NCBI GenBank assembly: GCA_016776905.1
Contig: JADHSM010000011.1
Location: 41,442-105,441 of the forward strand
DNA length: 64,000 nt
Source of the DNA: Planctomycetota bacterium
GTDB lineage: Bacteria > Planctomycetota > UBA8108 > UBA1146
Reading direction: 5' to 3'
This document shows positions 21,041-29,988 of this stretch, piece after piece. The notes under the pieces are model-generated. The model searched no databases. It was not told where the DNA came from and worked only from the letters and a program-made list of their open reading frames with translations. A program made the translations under genes and the position numbers. Position 1 is the stretch's first letter. Every line of letters begins with the position of its first letter.

Positions 21041-22039
21041 TCAGGCGAGAACTTCTCGCCAACCGTCACAAATCACATCCACTGAAGGAATTCTTGCGGC
21101 TTCCAATCCCTTGTGGAAGGGTGAGGGACTGTCGGGGTAAGTCATCCGTCGAATCGGTCCATCTAGATTCCAGATCGCCTCGTCACTGATTCTGGCAGCC
21201 AGTTCTGCTCCGAATCCGGCAGTACGGGTCGCTTCATGGATAATGGCGGCGTGCTCTGTCTTCTCGATAGATTTGAAAATCCCAGAAAGATCGAGAGGAG
21301 AAAGAACGGGTAGATCGATCACCTCGATTTCGATGCCTTCTTTCTCCATCACCTCGGCGGCCTCTAGAGCTCGGTGAGTCATCCAACCCCAAGAAATAGA
21401 AGTGAGATGATGCCCTTCTCGACGAACATTGGCTTCGCCTTCGATTCGGTCAGGGATCTGCATTTCTTGGAGGTCAGAGCGTTCACGTCGGTAGAGGAAC
21501 TTGTGCTCAAAGTATATGACCGGATTGGGATCCTTGATGGCGGATCTCAAGAGTCGATAGGCGTCGTCGGAGAATGCGGGGGCAACAACTTTGAGACCTG
21601 GTGAATGAAGGAACCAAGATTCAATATTTTGGGAGTGGAATGCACCAGCACCCATTCCTCCGCCACCCGGCATTCGAATGACAAGCGGAACAGAGCATTC
21701 TGTGCGCCAGTACATCTTCGCTGCAACATTGACGAGTTGATTAAATCCACACGTAATGAAGTCGGCAAACTGCATCTCTATGACTGGTCGTTGGCCAAGG
21801 ATAGCGGCACCCGTAGCGATTCCAACAGTGCCGCTTTCGGCAATGGGAGTGTTTCGAACACGGCGATCGCCAAACTCTTCTAGGAAGTCTCGAGTAATCT
21901 TGAAAGCTCCCCCGTGCCCCGCAATGTCTTGCCCCATCAGCATCACCGTTGGGTCTTCTCTCATTTCATCTCGAAGTGCTAGGCTGAGGGCGTCGATGTA
22001 GAGCAGGTTTTCTTCAAGAATTTTTGATTCAGTCGGCAT
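21041..22039 (-). CDS. 2-oxoacid (pyruvate/acetoin/branched-chain) dehydrogenase E1 component beta subunit
   Basis: Shows the transketolase-like pyrimidine-binding and C-terminal domains: MGQDIAGHGGAFKIT, RVRNTPIAESG and FADFI. Confidence 0.9.
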   Translation of the reverse strand: MPTESKILEENLLYIDALSLALRDEMREDPTVMLMGQDIAGHGGAFKITRDFLEEFGDRRVRNTPIAESGTVGIATGAAILGQRPVIEMQFADFITCGFNQLVNVAAKMYWRTECSVPLVIRMPGGGGMGAGAFHSQNIESWFLHSPGLKVVAPAFSDDAYRLLRSAIKDPNPVIYFEHKFLYRRERSDLQEMQIPDRIEGEANVRREGHHLTSISWGWMTHRALEAAEVMEKEGIEIEVIDLPVLSPLDLSGIFKSIEKTEHAAIIHEATRTAGFGAELAARISDEAIWNLDGPIRRMTYPDSPSPFHKGLEAARIPSVDVICDGWREVLA

Positions 22040-23159
22040 ATGTATTCCGATCAGTATTGGGAGTCGGCTCGGGCATAGCCATGGCTTCGTCGACGACTTC
22101 CATAATCAGATTTGCGCTACGTTCTTTGATCTCTTGGAGCCATGCTCTAGAGACAACCCCGGAGCTCAATAGGCGAGCCTCAATCAGATCCATAGGATCG
22201 TTATCGAGATATCCTTTGAGTTCGTCAGAGGGAACCTGGTTGAGGGAGTCGTCACCTTCGGAGTGCCCTCGATGGCGACCGAGGTGGGCTTCTACCAATG
22301 TGGGGCCTTCACCAGCACGTGCTCTTTTGACAGCCGTTTGCATGACTTCGAGCACTGCGAGTGGGTCGTTGCCATCGACTTCAACTCCCGGAATACCGTA
22401 ACCCAGAGCCCTGCTGGCCAAATTGTCGCAGGCGTACTGTTGGGAAGTAGGGGTGGAGAATGCCCAGTGGTTATTCTCAATCACGAGGATGAACGGTAAT
22501 TTCCATACTGCAGCGATGTTGAGGCCTTCATGGAAATCTCCTGTGGAGGTGGCTCCTTCACCGATGAAATTAATGGAGACCCTGTCGAGTCCTTGCTGTT
22601 GAAATGAAAGAGCGGCGCCGGCTGCAACGGGAATCATCGATCCGAGATGACTGATCATGCCAAGGTGGATCAGACCATGATCCGGTTCCATATGATTGTA
22701 GTGATATGATCTTTCATGCCCCCGAGAGAATCCATGTTCCCTTCCGAGCATTTGGCAAGCAAGTCGGAAGAGTCGATCACGAGAATCTCCCCCCAACGGC
22801 TGACGCACGAGCGACATCTTTTCAGGAAAGATGTCCGGGAACAATTCTTCAATATTCACGTAATGTCGCAAGATAGCACCGACGTCTCTGTGAAGACTGA
22901 CGAGTGCATCGCCTTTTTCAATGGCGCTCCCGCATGCAACGGTTGTTGCTTCATTACCGACAGACGAATACCACTTGGACAGTGCGCCAGTCTTGAACAT
23001 CTTTTCGTATCGTAGGTCCCATTCGCGGGTCAGTCTCATGTAGGCGTGCAATTCCCTGAGCATGTGATCCGACTCCGCTTGCTGCCACGCCGAAGGGGTG
23101 GGGGAGTTCATAGGCGCATGAGTATTGCTGGAGGGTGCGTTTGTTGATTCATCCATCAT
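22029..23159 (-). CDS. 2-oxoacid dehydrogenase E1 component alpha subunit (TPP-dependent)
   Basis: The TPP motif is GEGATSTGDFHEGLNIAAVWKLPFILVIENNHWA. It overlaps the beta subunit gene by 11 nt. Confidence 0.9.
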   Translation of the reverse strand: MMDESTNAPSSNTHAPMNSPTPSAWQQAESDHMLRELHAYMRLTREWDLRYEKMFKTGALSKWYSSVGNEATTVACGSAIEKGDALVSLHRDVGAILRHYVNIEELFPDIFPEKMSLVRQPLGGDSRDRLFRLACQMLGREHGFSRGHERSYHYNHMEPDHGLIHLGMISHLGSMIPVAAGAALSFQQQGLDRVSINFIGEGATSTGDFHEGLNIAAVWKLPFILVIENNHWAFSTPTSQQYACDNLASRALGYGIPGVEVDGNDPLAVLEVMQTAVKRARAGEGPTLVEAHLGRHRGHSEGDDSLNQVPSDELKGYLDNDPMDLIEARLLSSGVVSRAWLQEIKERSANLIMEVVDEAMAMPEPTPNTDRNTYAD

Positions 23160-23171
23160 GCGGGGATGTTA

Positions 23172-23858
23172 TCAGCGACCTTCCCCCGTGACCACATCGT
23201 CTGGGGAAGGAGAGTTTAGAAACTTCAAATTTCCATGGCGATACGGGGCTAGAAGGGTGGAATCGTCTTTTTCCTGATCTTGCCAGAGTTTTTGGAATTT
23301 TGTGGGATCACCCATCCAACGATTCTGAGATTCGCCGTCATACTTGACGAAGTGCTCGATTCTGGCTCGTTCTGGCCCTAGGTCGACGACAAGGGAAGCC
23401 GTGTCCTTCGATACAGGCTTCAACTGGAGCTGCTCTCCCTGCAGGAGCGATCCCACCATTTCTACCGGAAGTGTTCCTTTGGGGAGATTTCTCACAGAGA
23501 AGATCAGTTGGGGAGATCGGTGCAGCTCGACAGTTTCCTGCAGAAGAATCACTTTTTGGAGTCTTAGATCGTCCACTCTTCCTGCCAGAAGTATGGGTGA
23601 GATTCCGGAAATGCCGGTCCACTCGACAGCGCCGCAGATAAAGAGGCCCTTTTCGCCCTCGAGGTCTTGAACAGGAAGACCTGCCACGATGACACCCGGA
23701 TTCAGATCCGAAATGGTAGATGTGTCGATTTCAAGAATGAGACCGGCCCATGGTGTTGTGTTGCCAAAGTCTAATTTCCCTGTGGGCCAGATCTTCACGA
23801 TGAGTGCCAGAAGTATGACCAGCGGTAACCATGTCCTGACGAATGTCCCTAGGGACAT
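23172..23858 (-). CDS. membrane-anchored protein of unknown function
   Basis: 228-aa ORF with one N-terminal TM segment (WLPLVILLALIV). Its start overlaps the end of the cytochrome gene by 10 nt. Confidence 0.6.
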   Translation of the reverse strand: MSLGTFVRTWLPLVILLALIVKIWPTGKLDFGNTTPWAGLILEIDTSTISDLNPGVIVAGLPVQDLEGEKGLFICGAVEWTGISGISPILLAGRVDDLRLQKVILLQETVELHRSPQLIFSVRNLPKGTLPVEMVGSLLQGEQLQLKPVSKDTASLVVDLGPERARIEHFVKYDGESQNRWMGDPTKFQKLWQDQEKDDSTLLAPYRHGNLKFLNSPSPDDVVTGEGR

Positions 23859-25798
23859 GGATACTCATAGCAGCGAAGGAAGTCTGGAGTGGGGTCTGCG
23901 CCGCAGTCAGGCCAGGGCGCTGAAGGAGGAGCTCCACTTCCGAAGAGCGCGTTCAGTGTGAAGATCACGTCAGAGATATTGAGAGCGCTGTCGTCATTGC
24001 TGTCTCCGGCGATGGGGCAATAACCGAACTCGTCTCCAAGGAACAGCCAGCCCAACAGGGTAATGGCATCGGAGAGATCGATGGAATTGTCCAGATTTGA
24101 ATCTCCGCGAATGAATGGCTCTAGTCCCAGTTCGAAACTTAAGGAGTCCATCAAGATGGGTGGACCCTTGTCTTGCTTGACCCATTGATCGTAGAGAATG
24201 TTACCGGCTTCATTGGTGACATTTTCGTTCTTTAGGAACTCGATGTATTCCTTGGAAGCTGTTTGATACCAAACATTGATGTCGATCAAGAGAGCGTCAG
24301 TGGGAATGTCGTAGAAGGTATCATGCCAGTATTGCCCGTCAGGGTAGGAGATACCCACCGGTTCTGCCTGGACCGATTCGAAGCCGGCATTCGTGAAGCC
24401 TCTCGGTGGGATCCGGTTGTCTTTGAAGATCTTGTTGTTGAGGGCAAAGTGGAATGAGGGGCCTTCGGGTAATCCGGCGAGTGTTGCTGAGCTGCTATCG
24501 AGTCCATGCTTCGCTTCGAAGACCGTCGTTGTTGAAGATTCAAGAATGGCCGTATTGAAATCGTAGGCCCCGTGGTGGGCGAGTGTTTCCCCAAATGGGC
24601 TTTTGAAATGAACCTCAATCCAAATGCGTCTTCCCTCGGGGTATCCGGTGGGAAGTTTGTGGCCGGATTGATTGATCACCCTCACTTTGATTTGACCATT
24701 TTCAGTGGAAACCTCGAGATCGCTGGCAGACTGCAACATGTTGACGTTGCGAGCTTTAGCGAGAACGATTTGTGTGGGTTCCATGTATGCGGGTGTATCC
24801 CAAAGAAGGAAACTTGTATCCAAGTCATGAATCGCATCGAGGACCCAGGTTTGAGTTCCCATGAAGTAGTGTCGAGCAAGGTCTGGTCGAGATGGATATC
24901 CCATGTTGCAGCCGATGGAATTGGTACTCGGCATGTGGCAATCCTGGCACGTACTCACGTTAGGATTATTGCCTCCGAAACGGCCACCCATGTTGATGGG
25001 GCCTTGCGCAAAGGCACTTTGGCTCCATTCGCCGTAGGTCCGTTCCACCGGGAACTCATCTGCAGGATCGTGAGTGTCATGGGGTGCGTCAAAGGCATTT
25101 AGAACGAAGGATTCTCCGACTCTCTGGTAAGCAGGATTCGAGACATCGTGACAGGTTCTACATAGGCGAGCAGAATGGTGAAATTGGGACTGCATCGCCA
25201 CATGAAATTGGAATCCACCCCCAAGTTCATAAGGTCCTCTTCTGTTGTCGGCAGGGTCGACAACGAACTGGCCTGTATGAGCGGCTTGTGGAACTTCTGC
25301 AAGATTGTTGAGGATTCCTAAATCGATAGAGGGGCTTTGACCGCTGACGTACTCCGGATCCACCATGCGGTGACAGAGCGTACATGTCACTCCATCAAAG
25401 TCATTGATACCGGAGAGATTAGAGCCGTCCGTAGGAGTGCTGTTTCCTGCTAACCATGCGCCAGGGGCGTGACATCTGAGGCATAGGTCTCCGGATTCAG
25501 CAGCGTCTTGATTGGCAATAGCGAGGCATGCATGAAAGATGGGGTCTCTTCCTGCCTGCGCCATGATGCTGGTTTTCCAACTATCCACAGGAGAGTTTGA
25601 AAATGCGGAGTGACAAAGGTTGCAGGCACTTCCTGCAATGATGGGGTCAACAAGAACTCCGGGTTGTGTTCCCGGCTGGGCCCAATCTTGAAGGGTCGTA
25701 GGTATTGGAAGATTTTGAGCTTCCACTGTGGAGGAGAGAGCGATGCATGCAAAGAATCCGGCAAGGCAAATGCAATATGCTGAAAGTCGATGATTCAT
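23849..25798 (-). CDS. secreted pentahaem c-type cytochrome with a C-terminal double dockerin-like module
   Basis: Has a signal peptide and five CXXCH motifs (CNLCH, CLRCH, CTLCH, CRTCH, CQDCH). The C-terminus carries two Ca-loop repeats, DSNLDNSIDLSD and DSNDDSALNISD, and then DCGADPTPDFLRCYEYPCP. Confidence 0.85.
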   Translation of the reverse strand: MNHRLSAYCICLAGFFACIALSSTVEAQNLPIPTTLQDWAQPGTQPGVLVDPIIAGSACNLCHSAFSNSPVDSWKTSIMAQAGRDPIFHACLAIANQDAAESGDLCLRCHAPGAWLAGNSTPTDGSNLSGINDFDGVTCTLCHRMVDPEYVSGQSPSIDLGILNNLAEVPQAAHTGQFVVDPADNRRGPYELGGGFQFHVAMQSQFHHSARLCRTCHDVSNPAYQRVGESFVLNAFDAPHDTHDPADEFPVERTYGEWSQSAFAQGPINMGGRFGGNNPNVSTCQDCHMPSTNSIGCNMGYPSRPDLARHYFMGTQTWVLDAIHDLDTSFLLWDTPAYMEPTQIVLAKARNVNMLQSASDLEVSTENGQIKVRVINQSGHKLPTGYPEGRRIWIEVHFKSPFGETLAHHGAYDFNTAILESSTTTVFEAKHGLDSSSATLAGLPEGPSFHFALNNKIFKDNRIPPRGFTNAGFESVQAEPVGISYPDGQYWHDTFYDIPTDALLIDINVWYQTASKEYIEFLKNENVTNEAGNILYDQWVKQDKGPPILMDSLSFELGLEPFIRGDSNLDNSIDLSDAITLLGWLFLGDEFGYCPIAGDSNDDSALNISDVIFTLNALFGSGAPPSAPWPDCGADPTPDFLRCYEYPCP

Positions 25799-25955
25799 AG
25801 TTGTCCCCCGAGCAAAAATGGCTCGATACTCAAAACAGGCCTAGTAATTCCAAAACTAATGCACCCCTTAAGCATACCTTACTTTCCAAAAGTTCCCACA
25901 TGAGTTGGAGGTTCAGAAAGCCCTGTATGGACGCTTAGGTCCCGAGTTCTGCTCT

Positions 25956-27017
25956 TTATAGCCATCCTTCGGACTTGAGTAGTTGGCGCATTTCTTCACT
26001 ATCCAGTTGCTCAGAAGTATCGCTTCGAAGCTGGAATTCGTCGTTGACGGGGATTCCTAAATCAGCAAGTGGTGGTGAATCAGAATGGACCACGAGATGA
26101 GTCTCATGCTCTCTTAGGCGTGTTCTCTCATGAATTGAAGTGAGGGCTTCGTGTTGTTTTTCGCCCAAGCGGGGGCCCGTCACTTCTTGAGGCGCATCGT
26201 GTGAAATGGCCTCTGCGAGAACATCAATTCGGCACGCCGGTGACTTTGGGACGTGAATCTCACCCCCATGACTCGTGTGGAGACATCGATGGAAGGCATC
26301 GATGAGGTCTTGCTCCCCAATCCAGAATCGGGTCATTGCTGGAGAGGTCAGTGTCATGACCCCATGTCGAGCTTGTTGGATAAACAGCGGAATAACGCTG
26401 CCCTTGCTCCCCATCAAATTTCCATGCCGAATCACATCAAATCGGGGGCCCACTGGATTTTCTCTATTGGACTGGATCAGTTCCATTTCCATGAGAAATT
26501 TAGTGTTTCCATAGACGTTGATAGGATCGACAGCCTTATCAGTAGAATTGGCAATGACTCTCTGGACTCCACATTCTCTGGCGACGGAGATGATGTTTCG
26601 CGTGCCGACGACATTTGTTTTATGAGCCTCGATGGGATTGAGTTCCACGAGATGAACGTGCTTCATGGCAGCAGTATGAAAAACGAGTGAAACGCCCTGC
26701 ATAGCTTCTTTGAGACGTTCAAGGTCCCTTACGTCACCGATCATTGATGTCACTCTTGAAGAATCCACCGAGTCGTCGAGGAGGAACTCATGGTGCTTCT
26801 GCTCGTCACGAGAATAAACAATGATCTCAGAAGCGGTCGTTTCATTTTGAAGCCAGCGGACCAGCGCTCTGCCGGTGGATCCCGTTCCACCTGTGACCAA
26901 GACTTTTCTATTCAGGAGCTCCTTCGGCAATTCTCTGGGATTTCCCCTGGGGAAGTCCCTGTTATGGAGGGAGGCATCACCTTCATGACCAGAATCTGGA
27001 GAGTGGGGGCAGGACAC
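25956..27017 (-). CDS. CapD/PseB-like NAD-dependent sugar-nucleotide 4,6-dehydratase (polysaccharide biosynthesis protein)
   Basis: Contains KVLVTGGTGSTG, IIVYSRDEQKHHEF, GDVRD, FHTAAMKHV, NVVGTRN and STDKAVDPINVYGNTK. Confidence 0.75.
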   Translation of the reverse strand: MSCPHSPDSGHEGDASLHNRDFPRGNPRELPKELLNRKVLVTGGTGSTGRALVRWLQNETTASEIIVYSRDEQKHHEFLLDDSVDSSRVTSMIGDVRDLERLKEAMQGVSLVFHTAAMKHVHLVELNPIEAHKTNVVGTRNIISVARECGVQRVIANSTDKAVDPINVYGNTKFLMEMELIQSNRENPVGPRFDVIRHGNLMGSKGSVIPLFIQQARHGVMTLTSPAMTRFWIGEQDLIDAFHRCLHTSHGGEIHVPKSPACRIDVLAEAISHDAPQEVTGPRLGEKQHEALTSIHERTRLREHETHLVVHSDSPPLADLGIPVNDEFQLRSDTSEQLDSEEMRQLLKSEGWL

Positions 27018-27237
27018 GGGCGTTGACCCCTTTCAGGCACAAAACCGACGTAGACCAGTGTGCCCCCCCCAGAGGCGGGTCACAACAGAACCGTGTTGGA
27101 GACAAGGGAACTTGAGGTCACTCTAGGAAACCTGAACCGTTTCCCTTGACGTTTACACCCCCGGATGGTCCCATCCTTGGCTACGCTGGAAGGGGCCTTA
27201 GTGGACCTGACCCTTGATCGTGGAAGCGGAGAGAATC

Positions 27238-27414
27238 GTGGCAAAGAAAATAAACACCGAGTACGTCTGGCTTCAGTGCACGGAAACCGGTGATCTCAAC
27301 TACAGAACTTCCATCAACGCTAAGGGGGGAATCCCCGAGAAGCTGAAGGAAGGTCTTAAGAAATACTCACCTCGCCTGCGTAAGCACACCGTGCACAAGG
27401 TGAAGCGTAAGTAA
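27238..27414 (+). CDS. rpmG: 50S ribosomal protein L33 (Cys-less, zinc-independent type)
   Basis: Reads (M)[53 protein letters not shown]. The GTG at 27238 follows an SD-like GGAGAG. Only one of the four zinc-ribbon cysteines is present. Confidence 0.85.
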   Translation: MAKKINTEYVWLQCTETGDLNYRTSINAKGGIPEKLKEGLKKYSPRLRKHTVHKVKRK

Positions 27415-27476
27415 GAGATCCCTGTTGATTTGTCCACTCGGTTGGATATCTGCAGTGAATTTCCCTCAAAATATGA

Positions 27477-27512
27477 ATCGACCGGGCATGACATGTCCGG
27501 TCGATTTTTTTT
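27477..27512 (+). terminator. rho-independent terminator after rpmG
   Basis: ATCGACCGG...CCGGTCGAT forms a 9-bp stem and is followed by T8. Confidence 0.8.
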
Positions 27513-27679
27513 ACTTCTGTGGACGATCTCTTCGCCTACGGAATAAGTGAAAAGTATTCAGGAGTGATCCCCCTCATTTCTGGTCGATTTTTTGCGATCA
27601 TGCTCCCTTCCTGATCCACGCGGATTCCACTTTGGATAAAATAGACATCTTCTTGGTAAAAGATGACGAGGAGAGAGTG

Positions 27680-28435
27680 ATGGACCAACGGGTGGTTTGG
27701 ATACTTGGAGCTGGCGGAGGCGTGGGTGGGTGCGTGGCTCACCATTTGTCGAATGCTGGCTGGACAGTCGTCGGTAGCGGAAGAGACCCTCAGCGTCTTG
27801 CCGAGATGGGAAACAAAATTCCCGGTCTGTCACCTCTTCCGCTAGACGCACGTGATCCGCAGCAGGTGGAAGCAGCTGCTCGCCAAATTGTCGAGAAGTA
27901 TGATGCCATAGACGCCGTAGTTGTTTCCGTAGGATCGATTTTCCTGAAGCCACTCCACGCGACTAGCCCAGAACAGTTCCAGGAAACGATGGATGACAAT
28001 CTGTTACCGGCATTCAACGCCATGAGATACGCGATACCCTCAATGCTTCGTAACAAGGGTGGAAGAATGGTGCTGTTTTCATCTGCGGCAGCAGGTGTGG
28101 GAATGGCAAATCATAGTGCCATCTCTGCTGCGAAATCCGCAGTAGAAGGTTTGGCGCTTGCGGCTTCCGCGACTTACGCAAAGCGTGGAATCAGAATCAA
28201 CACGGTGGCTCCGGGACTCACGAATACACCTTTAGCAGCAAGCCTTCTGAGTGACGATGCTAGAAAAGCCGTGAGTGATGGAATGCATCCCGTGGGTCGC
28301 GTTGGCGAGGCTGATGAAGTGGCTTCTGTCGCATCATGGTTGATCGACGGTGCGCCGGATTGGTTGACCGGCCAGGTGATAGGAGTCGATGGGGGGCTGT
28401 CTCGCCTGAGAGCACAGGAAACGAGAAAAGTTTGA
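27680..28435 (+). CDS. short-chain dehydrogenase/reductase family protein (atypical active site)
   Basis: Contains VWILGAGGGVGG (cofactor loop) and IRINTVAPG. The catalytic YxxxK is replaced by I-SAA-K (see findings). I prefer the start at ATG 27680. Confidence 0.8.
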   Translation: MDQRVVWILGAGGGVGGCVAHHLSNAGWTVVGSGRDPQRLAEMGNKIPGLSPLPLDARDPQQVEAAARQIVEKYDAIDAVVVSVGSIFLKPLHATSPEQFQETMDDNLLPAFNAMRYAIPSMLRNKGGRMVLFSSAAAGVGMANHSAISAAKSAVEGLALAASATYAKRGIRINTVAPGLTNTPLAASLLSDDARKAVSDGMHPVGRVGEADEVASVASWLIDGAPDWLTGQVIGVDGGLSRLRAQETRKV

Positions 28436-28888
28436 TCAGAAGGCTAGTTCTGGTCTCCTGAGAAGCCCTCCGAGATGAGCGGTCCAAATCATGCATGCGC
28501 AGCCTGTTACCAGTAACACCAAGACAACTTTTTCGACAGCAGGATGAACGGGTTCATCTTGTAAGTCAGAAAGAAGTGCAATCAAGGATCCTGCGCCGGC
28601 AAGTGCCATGATGGTGAAAGAGATTCTGCCCCACAAACCATGATCTTCAATCGCCGCTTGATCGAGATCAATCTTGTCCTGCCACCATTCCACAGTTGTT
28701 GGGCCCGTGAAATAGGCCACGGTTGCGGTGATGGCACAGAGCAAAATCAGACTATGAGAAAGTCTCAGATCTTGGGTGTGTTGATCTCTCCAACTACGAA
28801 CGAGCAAGAATATCGCTAGAGGAGAGAGCACCACGGGAACGTGTACGAGTGCCACATGGAGCCATGCTTGAAAAGCACTGAAATCCAT
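28436..28888 (-). CDS. integral membrane protein (4 TM), unknown function
   Basis: 150-aa hydrophobic ORF. Its start overlaps the stop of the upstream membrane protein gene in an ATGA arrangement. Confidence 0.6.
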   Translation of the reverse strand: MDFSAFQAWLHVALVHVPVVLSPLAIFLLVRSWRDQHTQDLRLSHSLILLCAITATVAYFTGPTTVEWWQDKIDLDQAAIEDHGLWGRISFTIMALAGAGSLIALLSDLQDEPVHPAVEKVVLVLLVTGCACMIWTAHLGGLLRRPELAF

Positions 28889-29763
28889 CAGTCCCCAGTT
28901 CCGATGGCTTTTTCAGGAGCGATACCTTGGTCTACCTTTGTGTAATCGAGTTCGGATCCGCGCATGCTGTGTGGAATCAGGTAGACGGCGGTCATGACCA
29001 ATGCGGCACATATGACAACAGTGCGGCTGATACCTTCTTTTTTCCGAGGGCGAGTGCCGATGACGGCGACAGCTACCAGCCAACTGACCCACATGATCAG
29101 CATTTTGTTATCTGTCAGATCGCCTCCGAATGGAAAGCCCGTCCAGTACTCACCAAAAGCAAACTTTTGCACGATGGGGCCGAGGATCATGCCGCCAAAT
29201 GTCATTCCACCTAAGGTGATAAATGCAAGTTTTCGCATATCGTCGGTTTTGAAGATGGCGGCCAACCCAGTTCGCATTCCAAAGAGAACAGAAAAGAACA
29301 TCATGAAAATATGCGGAATAAGGATCCAACTAGGGACTGGATCTTTATATCGCAATACAATGTTTTCTTGACCGGCTTCCGGAATCCTGAGGTCAGCACC
29401 CTCCAGATTGACGGTGAGATAGTATTCCATCTTGCCTGCACTCGGTTGCACAGGGAGTGCCGCTACTAATTCGCGCATTGAATCTTTGGGGGTTTCCCAA
29501 TTCATGGGAGCAGCAGTGAACTCATCTTTAGTTTTGAATCGTTTGTAATGGAGAGTGGCTGAATAGTTTTCGGCTTTGACATCGGGTAAGGAAATCTTGG
29601 CGCCACTGACAGTCTCTTGCGAACGAAGTAGTCGATAAGAGTACTCTATTCCCGAGGCTTCTATCGTTCCTCTAAAAGGATATGTTGGTCCCGTTGTTCT
29701 CTGATAAATGATGGCTGAAATCATGATTAAAAGAGCGAGCAACCAAAGTGTCATCTTCGCCAT
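28888..29763 (-). CDS. integral membrane protein with a periplasmic N-terminal domain, unknown function
   Basis: 291-aa ORF with an N-terminal TM segment, a soluble region of about 120 aa, and then about five TM segments. Confidence 0.6.
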   Translation of the reverse strand: MAKMTLWLLALLIMISAIIYQRTTGPTYPFRGTIEASGIEYSYRLLRSQETVSGAKISLPDVKAENYSATLHYKRFKTKDEFTAAPMNWETPKDSMRELVAALPVQPSAGKMEYYLTVNLEGADLRIPEAGQENIVLRYKDPVPSWILIPHIFMMFFSVLFGMRTGLAAIFKTDDMRKLAFITLGGMTFGGMILGPIVQKFAFGEYWTGFPFGGDLTDNKMLIMWVSWLVAVAVIGTRPRKKEGISRTVVICAALVMTAVYLIPHSMRGSELDYTKVDQGIAPEKAIGTGD

Positions 29764-29810
29764 AATATTCGCGTCCTTTTCCTGAACTCGCCAATGTTTT
29801 TATGCACATG

Positions 29811-29840
29811 ACAGAGAGAAATGTAACAGAGAGAAATGTA
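29811..29840. repeat. perfect 15-bp tandem duplication ACAGAGAGAAATGTA x2 in the divergent mod promoter region
   Basis: Read directly from the sequence: acagagagaaatgta acagagagaaatgta. Confidence 0.9.
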
Positions 29841-29988
29841 CTGTGCGGATGATACCTGAAGGAGTGCTTTCAATGGATCTTTTCCTCTCGCACATGACAT
29901 TAACCGCCATTATGCTCTTTGATTCACGAGTGGTCGGCTCCTTTCGGGAATAAAGCTGCAGATTTACTGAAGGTATAGGAGTCGTAAA

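Noticed and set aside
27498-27596. Direct repeat GGTCGATTTTTT (two copies about 80 bp apart) after rpmG as a second terminator or mobile-element end
   Set aside because: The first copy is the 3' arm and T-tract of the rpmG terminator. The second has no complementary 5' arm, and there are no flanking transposase or integrase genes.
29850-29988. Moco riboswitch in the modA leader
   Set aside because: I cannot reproduce the consensus from memory with enough certainty, and no obvious multi-stem junction with the conserved core is visible. This is left as a check (Rfam RF01055), not as a call.
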